Below, piece by piece: positions 49,969-60,432 of a stretch of 64,000 nt of DNA; the first letter of the stretch is position 1; each line of letters opens with the position of its first letter. Made by a program: the position numbers and the translations under genes. The stretch covers positions 6,496,001 to 6,560,000 of the forward strand of contig OZ242214.1 in NCBI GenBank assembly GCA_965206595.1, written 5' to 3'. This stretch comes from Candidatus Latescibacterota bacterium (GTDB lineage: Bacteria; Latescibacterota; UBA2968; UBA8231). The notes under the pieces were generated by a model. The model ran no database searches, had not been told where the DNA came from, and saw only the letters and a list, made by a program, of their open reading frames with translations.

Positions 49969-50571
49969 CTACAACTGACTGCGGATATACCCCAAACCGT
50001 TAACGAACTTTGTCAGCAATTTGCAACCGTGGGAAGTCAGTTGATCTTCGATATCCGGGTTCGCGAAATCCTTGGAATTTTTGGTAATGAAACAGCGAAA
50101 CTCCCCGGATTCTGCAGCCAGATGAGCGAGAATCGAGGCATAAACTATGGAATCCTGCGGCGATAGATCGAGACTCTTTTGGAATGTTATGGCGTCGCTG
50201 ATAATACCCAAATCGATGGGTATTATTTCAATGTTCTGTAAGATCTTCTCCAGAGCATCATCGAGCCGATGCTTCTCTTCTTCACCACTTCTGATCAATA
50301 AGTTTGTGAGTTCCCGGAACTCATCAGAGGCTTCATGGTAAGGGCCCGAACGAGAGAGTTCATGAATTGCCATACGGAGTTGTTCATGCAGATCACGTCT
50401 TTGCTTTGACCGGCGAACCCACGCTTCATACGGTTCTCCAATACTGAAGGCAGGTAACACCAATCGAATTTTTCCTGATTCCGATAGACCCAAAATCGCC
50501 GAGCAACTTTCATGTTCCTCTTGAAGAAAAGCAAGTTCAAGGACAAAATTCGATTCTACATATACAATCAT
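49969..50571 (-). CDS. PIN-domain protein (DUF4935-like)
   Basis: IVYVESNFVLE, LSPQDSIVYAS, FITKNSKDF; low GC. Confidence 0.8.
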   Translation of the reverse strand: MIVYVESNFVLELAFLQEEHESCSAILGLSESGKIRLVLPAFSIGEPYEAWVRRSKQRRDLHEQLRMAIHELSRSGPYHEASDEFRELTNLLIRSGEEEKHRLDDALEKILQNIEIIPIDLGIISDAITFQKSLDLSPQDSIVYASILAHLAAESGEFRCFITKNSKDFANPDIEDQLTSHGCKLLTKFVNGLGYIRSQL

Positions 50572-51020
50572 GTGGCAGCTTCAAGCTCGACAGAACCGTG
50601 TCTGATTGCCTCGTATAACCCCGAGTCAAGGAGCCATTTGAGATTTGGGTTAACTGAGTCTCGTTGCATATCGTTACCGATCACATCTTCCAGCCACGAA
50701 ATCGTAAGCAATTCGAGCCCATATCCGCTTAGATCGTCAAGGGATTGGTTTGATTTCAGGTATGGAGCCAGTACTTCGGTAGCCTCGATTTTATAGTCAG
50801 GTCTTGCTGTATCATCAACTGGGCTAACGTCCGTCCACAGATAGAGAAAGTCAGGGAGCACAAGTAAGAAGTAGGGGGCATGAGGCATGAACGAATGGGC
50901 CAACAAATTGCGGCGCATGCGGATCAACCACTCAGCAGATGCACCAAGCTTGTTTTTGATTTCGACTACGAGTTGGAGTTTTTGCTCCGGATCTGACACT
51001 GCAATATCGACAAATTTCAT
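50568..51020 (-). CDS. Small PD-(D/E)xK-like protein translationally coupled to the PIN gene
   Basis: GGAGG RBS before ATG 51020; VDIAV..LVVEIK; ATGA overlap with the PIN gene. Confidence 0.65.
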   Translation of the reverse strand: MKFVDIAVSDPEQKLQLVVEIKNKLGASAEWLIRMRRNLLAHSFMPHAPYFLLVLPDFLYLWTDVSPVDDTARPDYKIEATEVLAPYLKSNQSLDDLSGYGLELLTISWLEDVIGNDMQRDSVNPNLKWLLDSGLYEAIRHGSVELEAAT

Positions 51021-51122
51021 TGTATGAACCTCCACATGGCTGGCTACCGCCCCTTGAGATGTTCGTAAACAGGTTTCCTCTATGAGCTTATGGCACGTAG
51101 GGGTTTTCTTTACAATTGTGGG

Positions 51123-51153
51123 TCAACATACCCTCCATGTTGAACCCTGTCAA
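51123..51153 (-). promoter_or_regulatory. Sigma70 promoter with overlapping inverted repeat
   Basis: TTGACA (51153-51148), 17 nt, TATGTT (51130-51125); inverted repeat TCAACAT-N7-ATGTTGA (51123-51143) overlaps the -10 box. Confidence 0.6.
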
Positions 51154-51441
51154 CCAACATCGAGTCACGAACAAGTAGAAGTTGGAAAAAGCGATTTTTC
51201 CGTTACGGATATGATTCTACGTGGCGGACCCGCCCTTGCCTTGGATGCCTGCTCATTCCTCGGTGAAGGCTTTGCCTTGCCTCAAACGCCCTACCCGCAT
51301 GGGACGAGCCATCCTCTGCTCTCGCTCCTGGACCTTCTGGAGAAGGAGGAGGCTCTGGCGCCCCCGCCAACGAAGTTTTGCCCCCCGCCCGAGGCCGCGA
51401 ACGCTAACGTTCCGGCGAGGCCGATTGCGGTGCTGCCAGTG

Positions 51442-51473
51442 CGGACCGCGATTCGAGCGGTTCGTCCTGTGGT
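51442..51473 (+). repeat. Degenerate direct repeat, copy 2
   Basis: CGGACCGCGATTCGAGCGGTTCGTCCTGTGGT. Confidence 0.7.
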
Positions 51474-51738
51474 TGTCGGATGGTGTGGGCTGCCCTGCCG
51501 GCTCAGGTGTCCGCCGAACTCAGCCCCTTGCCCAAACCTGTGGCGTCCCCTCGGAAACCCAACACGCCCTCACAGATTCGGCCTCCATCCGGCCCCGTTC
51601 CGGGAGCTCCAACAAAACGCAAACGATCTTCAGGAACTCTGGCCGACCCGTGCGTGCGCAAGACGCATTGATTGAAACCCAAAAAAGGTGCCTAATTATC
51701 CGGGCACCTTCCGATTTACAACGAAAGATACGCGCTCT

Positions 51739-53692
51739 ATGCCTCAACCAAACGGTTCCCGCATTGAAGCCGTCCGTCGGGCAATCGAGCGGTGGCAGAA
51801 GGATCTCCTCGATACCTCTGGCCGCAACCGGCTCGTTCGATACCGCGACCTGAAAACCAGTACTCTCGATCTCACGCCTGGTGGAGCGTACGGGCTCGAC
51901 GCAGGCGCCTTGGACCGGCTGCTGAAGGCCAAGCCTGTCAGCCTCAGCGATCTCTTTCCTGATGCTCAAGATGGCTCCGACGACTCGACGGCCTTCAACG
52001 ACGCCCGCCGCCGCCTCGCGGCCATCCACAAGGTGGCCCTCACGAACCTCGAGGAGAAGGGCATCGAGACGCTCTTTGCCGCCATCGGGCTCGCGACCTG
52101 GAAAGTCGATTCCGGGACCCCGCCGAACGCGCCTGTGATCCTCCTGCCGCTCGAGGTCGAAGCCACAGGTGCCGCTGCGCGTGACTTCAAGATCCTAGTT
52201 TCGGGGGATGCCCATCTCAACCCAGTGCTGGCCCACATCCTTCGCGCCGAACACGACATCGAGACTGAGGACGAAGAGGCGGACGTGGCTGAAGACCCGC
52301 CCACCAGCCTCGATGGATTCCGCGTCCTGCTCAACCGGTTCGAGGAGTCGTGGAAGGCCCTTCCCGATTTGGTTATTGAGCTACGCGCGGTCTCAGCCGT
52401 CTTCTCTTACTCCACGATGCCGCTGGTCACTGATCTGGAGCAGAACGGCGGGCTGTTTGCTGCAAGCGACATCGTCGCCGCTATCGCCGGCGATGGAGAG
52501 GCCCGCGAGGTCGTTGCCTCCCGCATTTGCGAGCCCGAGCCCAACCAGCCCGACACGGATCCTCCCGCGGACGAGTTCCTCGTGCTCGATGCCGATTCCA
52601 GCCAGCACATGGCGATCAATCGCGTGCTCGGCGGGGAGTCGCTCGTTATCCAGGGTCCGCCGGGCACGGGCAAATCCCAAACAATCGCCAACCTCATCAC
52701 AGCCCTCATCGCCCGAGGCAAACGCGTCCTTTTCGTCGCCGAGAAACGCGCTGCCATCGAAGCCGTCACAAAACGGCTGGAGCAAGTGGACCTCGGCGAC
52801 CTTGTCATGGACATGCATGGCGGCGTCACCTCCCGGCGTGATTTCGCGCGCACGCTCAACGACTCCCTGGAACGCGTCGCCACTATTCCCGCGCGCGACT
52901 ACTCTGCTCTCCACAGGCGTCTCGGGGAACGTCGAGATGCCCTCATTGCAAACGATGCCGCCCTGCATGAACCGCGCCATCCCTGGAAGCTCTGTGTCTT
53001 CGACATGAGGAAACGACTCCTTGCCATCCCCAAAGCTGCTCACACCCAACTGCGCCTTTCAACCGAGGCCGCGCGCGCCCTCGATAGCGACGGGTTCGAA
53101 CAGCTTGCAGGTGGAATTGAAGAGTGGGGCAACCTCGGTGGCCATACACTGGCTGAGAACCATCCAGAGTGGTCCCGCAGCTCCATCACTACCCCCTCCG
53201 AAGCGCGCAAGGCCTACGATCTGGTCAGCGATCTTGCGCACAGGCTCCTGCCCGCTGCCCGCGACGCCCTTTTCCCAGCCCTCGATGAGGTTGCCCTCCC
53301 TCGACCTGAGAAGGTTGCCGAGTGGGTTGGGCAGGGCGGTTCCTCGTGGTGGCAAGCGGACCATGGTGGAGGCGGATAATTGCTCAGATCATCTCGAAAG
53401 AGTACCGGGCGGCGAAGCGAGCGCTGGGAAATCCTGGTGCGCTGTCACTCACACCAGACAAGCTGAGTGATTTGAAAGAGCGCGTACGTGCCCTCGCCTC
53501 AGGGTTTGCAGCCTTGGCCAAAGTGGGGGGGATCTATGGTCTGGACGGGTTGCCACACACCGATCTGTCCGTGGTGCTGAATCGGATGATAGCTAATCGC
53601 ACCGCGGCCACGAGCCTTCCCACAATCCGCGAGCTTGAAAGGCGGTTTGGCGAGGCCGGGATCGAAAACGTCATTGCGCTCGTGGCGGAGGA
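51739..53692 (+). pseudogene. Truncated DUF4011 + SF1 (AAA_11) helicase, Hhe-like defence gene
   Basis: WQKDLLDTSGRNRL, EEKGIETLF, DADSSQ, IQGPPGTGKSQTIANLI, VLFVAEKRAA; frame break near 53330; later helicase motifs and Vsr-like nuclease absent. Confidence 0.8.
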
Positions 53693-56600
53693 CTTAAGAC
53701 CATATCAGACGATACTTCGCTCTATCGGAGTTCCCGTTCTTGACGTGGAAACTCTGTGCTCGGCACTCACGAAAAATGGACTGAACCAGCCCGTATGTCT
53801 CAATGACCTCCCCCCTTGCCTCGCTTCGGAAGCCGGTCGAGAAACACTGTGGACCGAGATTGCTATATTGCTTGGACGCCAAGGTAATAACCCTCATGCA
53901 AAGCGCGCTGACGAGGAACGCCTCCGCGCCGTTTCCCTAGCACCATCTCGCGACAAATCTCTCTGGCCTTGCGATGACGTGTATTCTGCCGATTTACCCA
54001 CGGTCCAGTTATTTTCGTCCTTAGGTTTGGATATTCCCTTCCTTGACCACACAGAGGCAGCATTTTCACGCCTAGAATATCTTTGCGGTGCGTTTGAAAC
54101 AGAAGATGCTGTCCGGGTCCTCGAAGAAACGGACCCTGCGGCCATTCAGCGGCTATGGAAAGAAGGGTGCTTCTCTCTTCCAAGGACGATTGCGTGGTTT
54201 GAGAATCGACGCAAGCAGATCGTGGACGATGAAGATATTTGTAGGAGACTGTTTTCCCTTTCTATTTATCCTAGCGCTGGCCAGTTACATAGGTTGTCTA
54301 GCCTAGTCTTGCCGGGAGAGTTTGAAGATCCACTTGGCTTAACCAGCCTTGTTGATGTGGATGCCTTGGGCGGACGAAGAGAGTTCCTGTTCGACCTTGG
54401 GGCCTCTGAACTTGATTTTCGTACCTATGTACTTGAGCATCTTTCCTATGCGATAGAAAATGAAACACTAGATCCGACGGTCAGGCAGGGGGCCGTGACT
54501 CTCTTGGCCGACCGGGTTGGCGAATTGATAGATGATGACCAAGCCCGCAAAACACTTTCCTCAGTTCGTTTTGTCATTTGTTCAGATGGGGAGTATCGCC
54601 CTCCGGGTGATTGTTACTTTGAAGGTGGTGTTGTCCAGGAGGTTCTGGCGGATGACGCCAACATAGCTGTTCTTCCTGAGGAACGCGGAGCCTCTGTTCA
54701 ACGATTATTGGACTGGCTTGGTATTGCAAGCAAGCCTCGTTTTCGTGACATCATTCAAGCAATACGCCGAATTTCCAACGAACCTTGCTCTGATACATCT
54801 GTCTTTCGTATGCAACGAATCGTTGCCCATATAGGAGGGCGGTTTGAGGAACTCAGAGAAATCCATGAACTCGAGAACCTGCGGAGTTTTGAGTGGCTGT
54901 CCGCCCGCCGGGGTGAGAACCAATGGTACAGGCCTAGCTCCTTGTATGCTCCGTATCGGTCCTACCTGTTCGAGAGCCAGGGGAAAATCCTTAATGCACC
55001 TTCCCCCAACTGTGATTTTTTGGAGTTTCTAGGAGTCCACATTGATCCCCCACCAGATCTCGTAGTCCGACATCTACTCTATTGCGCAGAATGTGGGAAC
55101 CCAGTCAACAGAGAAGTCTATCGGTTTCTCAAAGACGAATCTGACACTTCGGCCATTGAAGAGCTTAAGTCGACCAAATGTCTATGGCTTGGGCATGCAT
55201 ACCGATCTCCAGACCATGTTTTTTGGGGCGACCATCCCTTCGGTCAGTACCGCTGGCGCTTGGCTGAAGACCTTCGAGGGTACGGGAACCTGCTGGAAAA
55301 GATTGGGGTCACCGACTCCCCAGACCACGAAGATGCTCTGCATGTTCTTAATCAGATTTCTTCGGAGTACGGCGAAGCCAACAACCCACTGCATGATGAA
55401 GCATACGCAGTGGTGATGGGTTGCTGGCAGATGCTCGAAAAGGCACTTGATGAAGGGGTCGTGACCAGTGAATGGTTTGGTAGTCTCAGAAACACCAAGA
55501 GCATTCCAAACAAATCAAAGGTTCTCTATCTCCCTACATGGCTATTCTTTGAGAACCGAGTGGGGCTTTCCGCTAAGTTTGGAAAGTTCTTGGCGAACAA
55601 CGTGATTCCTCAACCGCTTGGGACTCGGCGGGCATTCCTAGCGGCCGGAGTCCCACAACTTGGCTCTGCCGTGGAAATAGATCTCATACGAGTTGAGAAT
55701 CCGGCCAATGACCCCGACTCCATTAAACGGTTGCGCCAGCGCCAGGGAGAAATCGCTCGGGTGCTTTTCGGTCGAATGGGTTCCAATGAGGTCCAAAATG
55801 CTCTAGGCAGATTGAACCACCTTGATTGCAAATCGGCCACTTCACTAGAACTCCGATATAGATTAAATGCCTTCAACATCGATCAGGCAAGCCCGCCCGA
55901 ACTTGCCCCGGCTCTCTACCATCCTGCTCAGCACTCTCTGTGGGCAACACGTTCCAACGGGCAGATACCCTTGGCACCTCTAGCTCGTGAACTAGCTATC
56001 GCCCTGTGTCCTGAGGAAGATCCTGGGCTCTTCGCCGCCGGGTTGAAGAAAGTACTAACAGCGAATACTACTGGTGAAGCAGCTAAAGTCTTGGATGAGT
56101 TGGGCTTCCCGCAGCTCGACGCAACTGTAGTTGAGCCTCCCCCCGTCCCGGAAGCCCCACCCCATTTGGGAGTCGACTCCCCCCCTGGTCCCCTAGAACC
56201 TCCACCACCCCAAATGAGAGATAGGGATCAGTCCGATACAACCCCCAGAGGCGAAACTGGATCCCCCACCGAATTAGAACCCCGCGGCCCAGAGGATGCC
56301 TCACCTCCCCTGGGACGGGAGTTCGTCTCCTACATAGCGGTCAGTCCCGACGAAAAGGAGGGACAAGATCCAGATGGCGTAACCCATCAGGAGCGCATGA
56401 ACCTCGAAGATAAGGCCATTGAGCTTATAATCAGGCGAGAGCCTGAATTAAAGCGTACACCTACGAACAACCCCGGCTTCACCTGACCCAGCTAGGACCC
56501 GACGGGCAGCCCGTAAAATGGGTCGAGGTCAAGGCGATGAAGGGTGCCCTCCTTGACCGACCTGTAGGTCTCACTCGAACTCAGTTCGAGTGGGCGCAAG

Positions 56601-56776
56601 AGCACGGAATATCATTCTGGCTCTATGTCGTAGAACGGGCGGGGGATCCGGAACAGGTTCGGGTGGTTCGTATCCAAGATCCGGCTGGCAAAGCGCGAAC
56701 CTTCACCTTCGACCACGGCTGGATTTCAATCGCCGAGGTTAGCAAGGTATCAGATCCGGAGGCCCCCGAAGAATGA
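53693..56776 (+). pseudogene. 3' part of sacsin/NOV-like protein with frameshifted C-terminal DUF3883 (PD-(D/E)xK) domain
   Basis: Lower GC; repeated FL..LG and YR.P motifs. Restoring 1 nt at 56480/56481 gives NNPGFDLTQLGPDGQPVKWVEVKAMKG..LTRTQFEWAQEHG..FWLYVVE. Confidence 0.75.
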
Positions 56777-56784
56777 ACCCTTGC

Positions 56785-56975
56785 CATCCGGCGCCCTACC
56801 GCAACCGCCGCTTCGAGTACCTGCCCCCCCAGGCCGCAGGCATCGAGGAGCGGTCCCCGGTCCCCGTCCTCCCCCGGTCCGACTTCATTACCTAGGTGCC
56901 CCTGATTTACCATGGCGGCAGGTCGACGTCCGGGCCAACACGGTGTACCAGATCTACCACCTGCTTGCCTGGGTG
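56785..56975 (+). pseudogene. Degenerate partial copy of the DCC1-like gene at 59060-59491
   Basis: Aligns by eye to 59128-59331 (GCCGCTTCGAGTACCTGCC, GGCATCGAGGAGCGGT, TCCGACTTCA, GTCGACGTC, AGATCTACC, CACCTGCT.GCCTGGGT) with indels. Confidence 0.8.
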
Positions 56976-56999
56976 TCCCCCGGGCTCTAAGGCACCGCG

Positions 57000-57170
57000 C
57001 TGAGACGCTTCCTTTGGTGGCCCCTGAACCCACTCGGGTTCGTGATTCTCCGCCAACTGGAAGACGAACCACATCATCTGCAGCACCCCTGCTGGCCTAG
57101 TTCCCGGCTGGTGATCTTGCGCCACGGCGGCGCGCGCATGTACCCGCAGCCTGCGGCCCTTCTTTCTGAC
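57000..57170 (+). pseudogene. Degenerate DUF6784 C-terminal fragment
   Basis: Frameshifted pieces FLWWPLNPLGFVI / ANWKTNHI / VILRHGGARMY / LRPFFL match WPLHPIGFV..LRYGGVRLY..PAFL of 19389-21422. Confidence 0.65.
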
Positions 57171-57372
57171 CCAGGTCTGACCGCCGGTCGCGCCCCGGCA
57201 GGCGGACTCAGGTCTTCAGTCGACTCATCGCGGAAACCTCCTTGTCGAGGCGCTCCAACCTCTCCACGGCGCTTGTTCCCCGTGGAGACACTGGGCTATC
57301 GTTGGGCCGCGGAGATCCCGCCGGCGCCGCGGGCCGGCGGGATGACCCGAAATTCAGAAAGGGAAGCCTCAA

Positions 57373-58830
57373 ATGGCCAAGAGGAAGACAACGAAGGGAA
57401 CGACCAAGAAGCCGGCCGGCAGAGCCCAGGCGGGGGCCGCCCCGGCGGGCGTCATCGAGCTGGACGGCAGGCGCGAGTTGTTCGTCGACGACTACCTGAT
57501 CGAGCGGCTGTCCGGCGTCGAGCTGCGCCTGAACAAACCCGTGCCGCGCAACGTGGCGATCGACCACGACGTGCCGTGGGAGGGCAACACCAGCGCCTAC
57601 CACACGGTCTTCCGGGACGGCAAACTGTTCCGCGCCTACTACCGCGGCTCCCACTACGACCCGTCGGGCAACCACTACCGGCCGGTCGTGTGCTACGCCG
57701 AAAGCCGCGACGGCATCGAGTGGCACCGGCCGGAATTGGGCTTGGTCAACTACCAGGGCTCGACGCGCAACAACATCGTCTGGGACGGCATCGGCGCGCA
57801 CAACTTCGCGCCTTTCCGCGACCGCAACCCGGACTGCCGGGAGGGCGAGGAGTACAAGGCCCTGGGCAGCGCCCTCGCGCGCACGGCCGACGAGCAGGCC
57901 CTCTACGCCTTCAAGTCGCCGGACGGAGTGCATTGGAGCCTGCTGTCGGAGAAGCCGGTGATCACCGTGGGCGCCTTCGACTCGCTGAACCTGGCCTTCT
58001 ACGACCCGCTGCGCGGCTGCTACGTCGACTACCACCGCGACTCCATCCACCCCGGCGGCGTGCGCGTGCGCAACATCATGACCTGCACCTCCAAGGACTT
58101 CCGCCGGTGGACGAAGCCGCGGTGGCTCGACTTCGGCGACGCCCCCGTCGAGCACCTCTACACGAACGCGGTGACGCCCTACCACCGGGCCCCGCACATC
58201 TACATGGGCTTCCCCAAGCGTTTCGTGCCGGATCGCCGCATGCCCGGCAACACCGCCCGCGGCGTGTCGGACGCGGTGTACATGACCAGCCGCGACGGCC
58301 TGCACTTCAAGCGCTGGAGCGAGGCCCTGCTGCGGCCCGGGCTGCAGCCGGAGCGCTGGGAGAACCGCAACAACATGACGGCCTGGGGCATCCTGGAGAC
58401 GGCCAACGACCTGCCGACGGCGCCGAAGGAGCTGTCGATCTTCACCACCGAGGGCTACTACCGCGGCGAGGCCTGCCGGCTGCGGCGCTTCACGGTGCGC
58501 ATGGACGGCTTCGTGTCCGCCAACGCGCCGCTGCAGGGAGGCGAGCTGATCACGCGGCCCTTCACCTTCGCGGGCGCCGCCCTGAGCTTGAACACGGCCA
58601 CCTCCGCGGCCGGCTCGGTACGCGTCGAGATCCAGGACGGCGACGGCAAGGCACTGAAGGGACACACCCTGCGGGACTGCGACGAGATCTACGGCGACTA
58701 CCTGGAGCGCACGGTCACCTGGAAGGGCGCGGCCGACGTCAGCGCCCTGGCCGGCAAACCAGTGCGCCTGCGCTTCGCACTCAGCGACGCCGACCTCTAC
58801 AGCCTGCAGTTCACGGCGCCTCCAGAATGA
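57373..58830 (+). CDS. Five-bladed beta-propeller glycoside hydrolase-like protein with C-terminal beta-sandwich
   Basis: ELFVDDYLI, YAESRDGIEW.RP.LG, SPDGVHW, FDSLN, SKDF..W, SRDG..F.R, RMDGFVS, GKPVRLRF. Confidence 0.7.
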   Translation: MAKRKTTKGTTKKPAGRAQAGAAPAGVIELDGRRELFVDDYLIERLSGVELRLNKPVPRNVAIDHDVPWEGNTSAYHTVFRDGKLFRAYYRGSHYDPSGNHYRPVVCYAESRDGIEWHRPELGLVNYQGSTRNNIVWDGIGAHNFAPFRDRNPDCREGEEYKALGSALARTADEQALYAFKSPDGVHWSLLSEKPVITVGAFDSLNLAFYDPLRGCYVDYHRDSIHPGGVRVRNIMTCTSKDFRRWTKPRWLDFGDAPVEHLYTNAVTPYHRAPHIYMGFPKRFVPDRRMPGNTARGVSDAVYMTSRDGLHFKRWSEALLRPGLQPERWENRNNMTAWGILETANDLPTAPKELSIFTTEGYYRGEACRLRRFTVRMDGFVSANAPLQGGELITRPFTFAGAALSLNTATSAAGSVRVEIQDGDGKALKGHTLRDCDEIYGDYLERTVTWKGAADVSALAGKPVRLRFALSDADLYSLQFTAPPE

Positions 58831-59059
58831 AGGGGCCGCGCGGCCTGCGGCAGGCGATACGTTCAGCGCCATGGGCGATCCGGCGTCGGGCTGGTAGTGG
58901 CTCTATCACAGGGCGCAGACGCCTGCCCGGCTATCGCCTGAATGCCGCTCCAAACAATGGATCCGGGACAGCTCAACCCATTGCGGCAGTGTGAGATGGA
59001 GCGTTTCGTCAGATCGCCGTGCCGTTTGCGCGGGATTTCCGCCTCGCTATCTTGAAGGC

Positions 59060-59491
59060 ATGAGCGAATCCCGCCCCGCAATCGTGTACGACGGCGAATG
59101 CCGGTTCTGCCTGTGGAGCCTCGGCCGCATCCGCCGCTTCGACCGCAACGGCCGCTTCGAGTACCTGCCGCGCCAGACCGCCGGCATCGAGGAGCGGTTT
59201 CCCGTCCTCACCCGTTCCGACTTCAACACCGGGCTGCGCCTGATTCACGCCGGCGGGCGAGTCGACGTCGGGGCCGACGCGGTCTACGAGATCTACCGCC
59301 GGCTCCCTCCCTGGCACCTGCTCGCCTGGGTCTACCGCCTTCCGGTAATCAGGCAGCTGTTCCGCGCCGGTTACGGACTCGTCGCCCGCAACCGCCACCG
59401 GTTCGGCAGGGTCGAGTGCGCCGACGAATCCTGCGAGGTTCCCTACGGCGAGCGGCACCCGGACGCCTCCTCCACCTCCTCCTCCGGCTGA
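59060..59491 (+). CDS. DCC1/DUF393 thiol-disulfide oxidoreductase-like protein
   Basis: IVYDGECRFC (DxxCxxC), GADA, YGLVARNRHRF. Confidence 0.85.
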   Translation: MSESRPAIVYDGECRFCLWSLGRIRRFDRNGRFEYLPRQTAGIEERFPVLTRSDFNTGLRLIHAGGRVDVGADAVYEIYRRLPPWHLLAWVYRLPVIRQLFRAGYGLVARNRHRFGRVECADESCEVPYGERHPDASSTSSSG

Positions 59492-59503
59492 CAGCGCCGG
59501 CAG

Positions 59504-60277
59504 ATGAAGCGCGACCGCCGCCTGCGGCTGCTCGCCTGCCTGACGGTCGCCTTCTGGGCCGCGGTCTTCCTGCAGGCGCCGATCCCGCAGGATCCGGCCT
59601 ACCACCAGTTCGCCGATCAGCGCACCCTTCTCGGCATCCCGCATGGCCTCAACGTGATCTCCAACCTCCCCTTCCTGCTGGTGGGTCTGTGGGGGTTCGG
59701 TGCGGTGTTCCGCCTCGCCGCGGACCCGGGACAGCAGGCTTTCCAGCACCCGGCCGACTCGCTGGCCTACCAGGTCCTGTTCCTCTCGGTGGCGCTGGTC
59801 GGCATCGGCTCCGCCTGGTATCACCTCGCCCCCTCCAACGAAACCCTGCTGTGGGACCGCCTGCCGATGAGCATCGCCTTCATGGCCTTTCTCTCCGCGG
59901 TCCTGGCCGAGCGCCTCGACCGGCGCGCCGCCACCGTCGCCCTGCTGCCGCTGATCGCCTTCGGCATCTTCAGCGTCCTCTACTGGCACTTCACCGAACG
60001 CGCCGGAGCCGGAGACCTGCGCTACTACATCGTCGCCCAGGGTTACCCGATTCTGTTCGTCCCCATCATGGTCCGCCTGCTGCCCTCGCCGTACACGCGC
60101 GGGTCCGATCTCTACGTCGCCGCCCTGTTCTACCTGCTGGCGAAAGCCGCGGAGCTGTTGGACCAAGGGGTGTACCAGGCGGTGGGCTTCGTCAGCGGCC
60201 ATACCCTGAAGCACCTGCTCGGGGCCCTGGGGGCCTTCTGGGTGCTGCGCATGGTCCGGTTGCGCCGGCTGCGCTGA
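59504..60277 (+). CDS. Ceramidase-like (alkaline phytoceramidase/CREST) membrane protein
   Basis: PIPQDPAYHQFADQR, NVISNLPF, GSAWYH, WDRLPM, GDLR.Y, SGHTLKHL. Confidence 0.8.
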   Translation: MKRDRRLRLLACLTVAFWAAVFLQAPIPQDPAYHQFADQRTLLGIPHGLNVISNLPFLLVGLWGFGAVFRLAADPGQQAFQHPADSLAYQVLFLSVALVGIGSAWYHLAPSNETLLWDRLPMSIAFMAFLSAVLAERLDRRAATVALLPLIAFGIFSVLYWHFTERAGAGDLRYYIVAQGYPILFVPIMVRLLPSPYTRGSDLYVAALFYLLAKAAELLDQGVYQAVGFVSGHTLKHLLGALGAFWVLRMVRLRRLR

Positions 60278-60432
60278 TTTGACAACCCCCCGGGGGCTTG
60301 GCTTTGTTGGCCCCCCACCGGGAAGACTCCCCTTACAACAAATCGAGCGCAATAGCTTTGCTGTTCCTGAGTTCGTTGGGCAGTTGCCTGTTCGGCGACT
60401 CATTACACCCATTAACCTCATGAGGGTTTGTC

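Noticed and set aside
49737-51690. Integron attC sites or CRISPR array around the PIN operon
   Set aside because: Only two degenerate repeats 1.6 kb apart; no convincing R''/R' box pairing, no integrase, no cas genes.
53322-56486. 1054-aa ORF as a single intact gene
   Set aside because: Starts inside the broken helicase, spans a compositional junction and stops at a frameshift within DUF3883.
58851-58940. 9-bp inverted repeat CAGGCGATA/TATCGCCTG after the propeller hydrolase
   Set aside because: Short, no U-tract and no second copy seen; could be chance.
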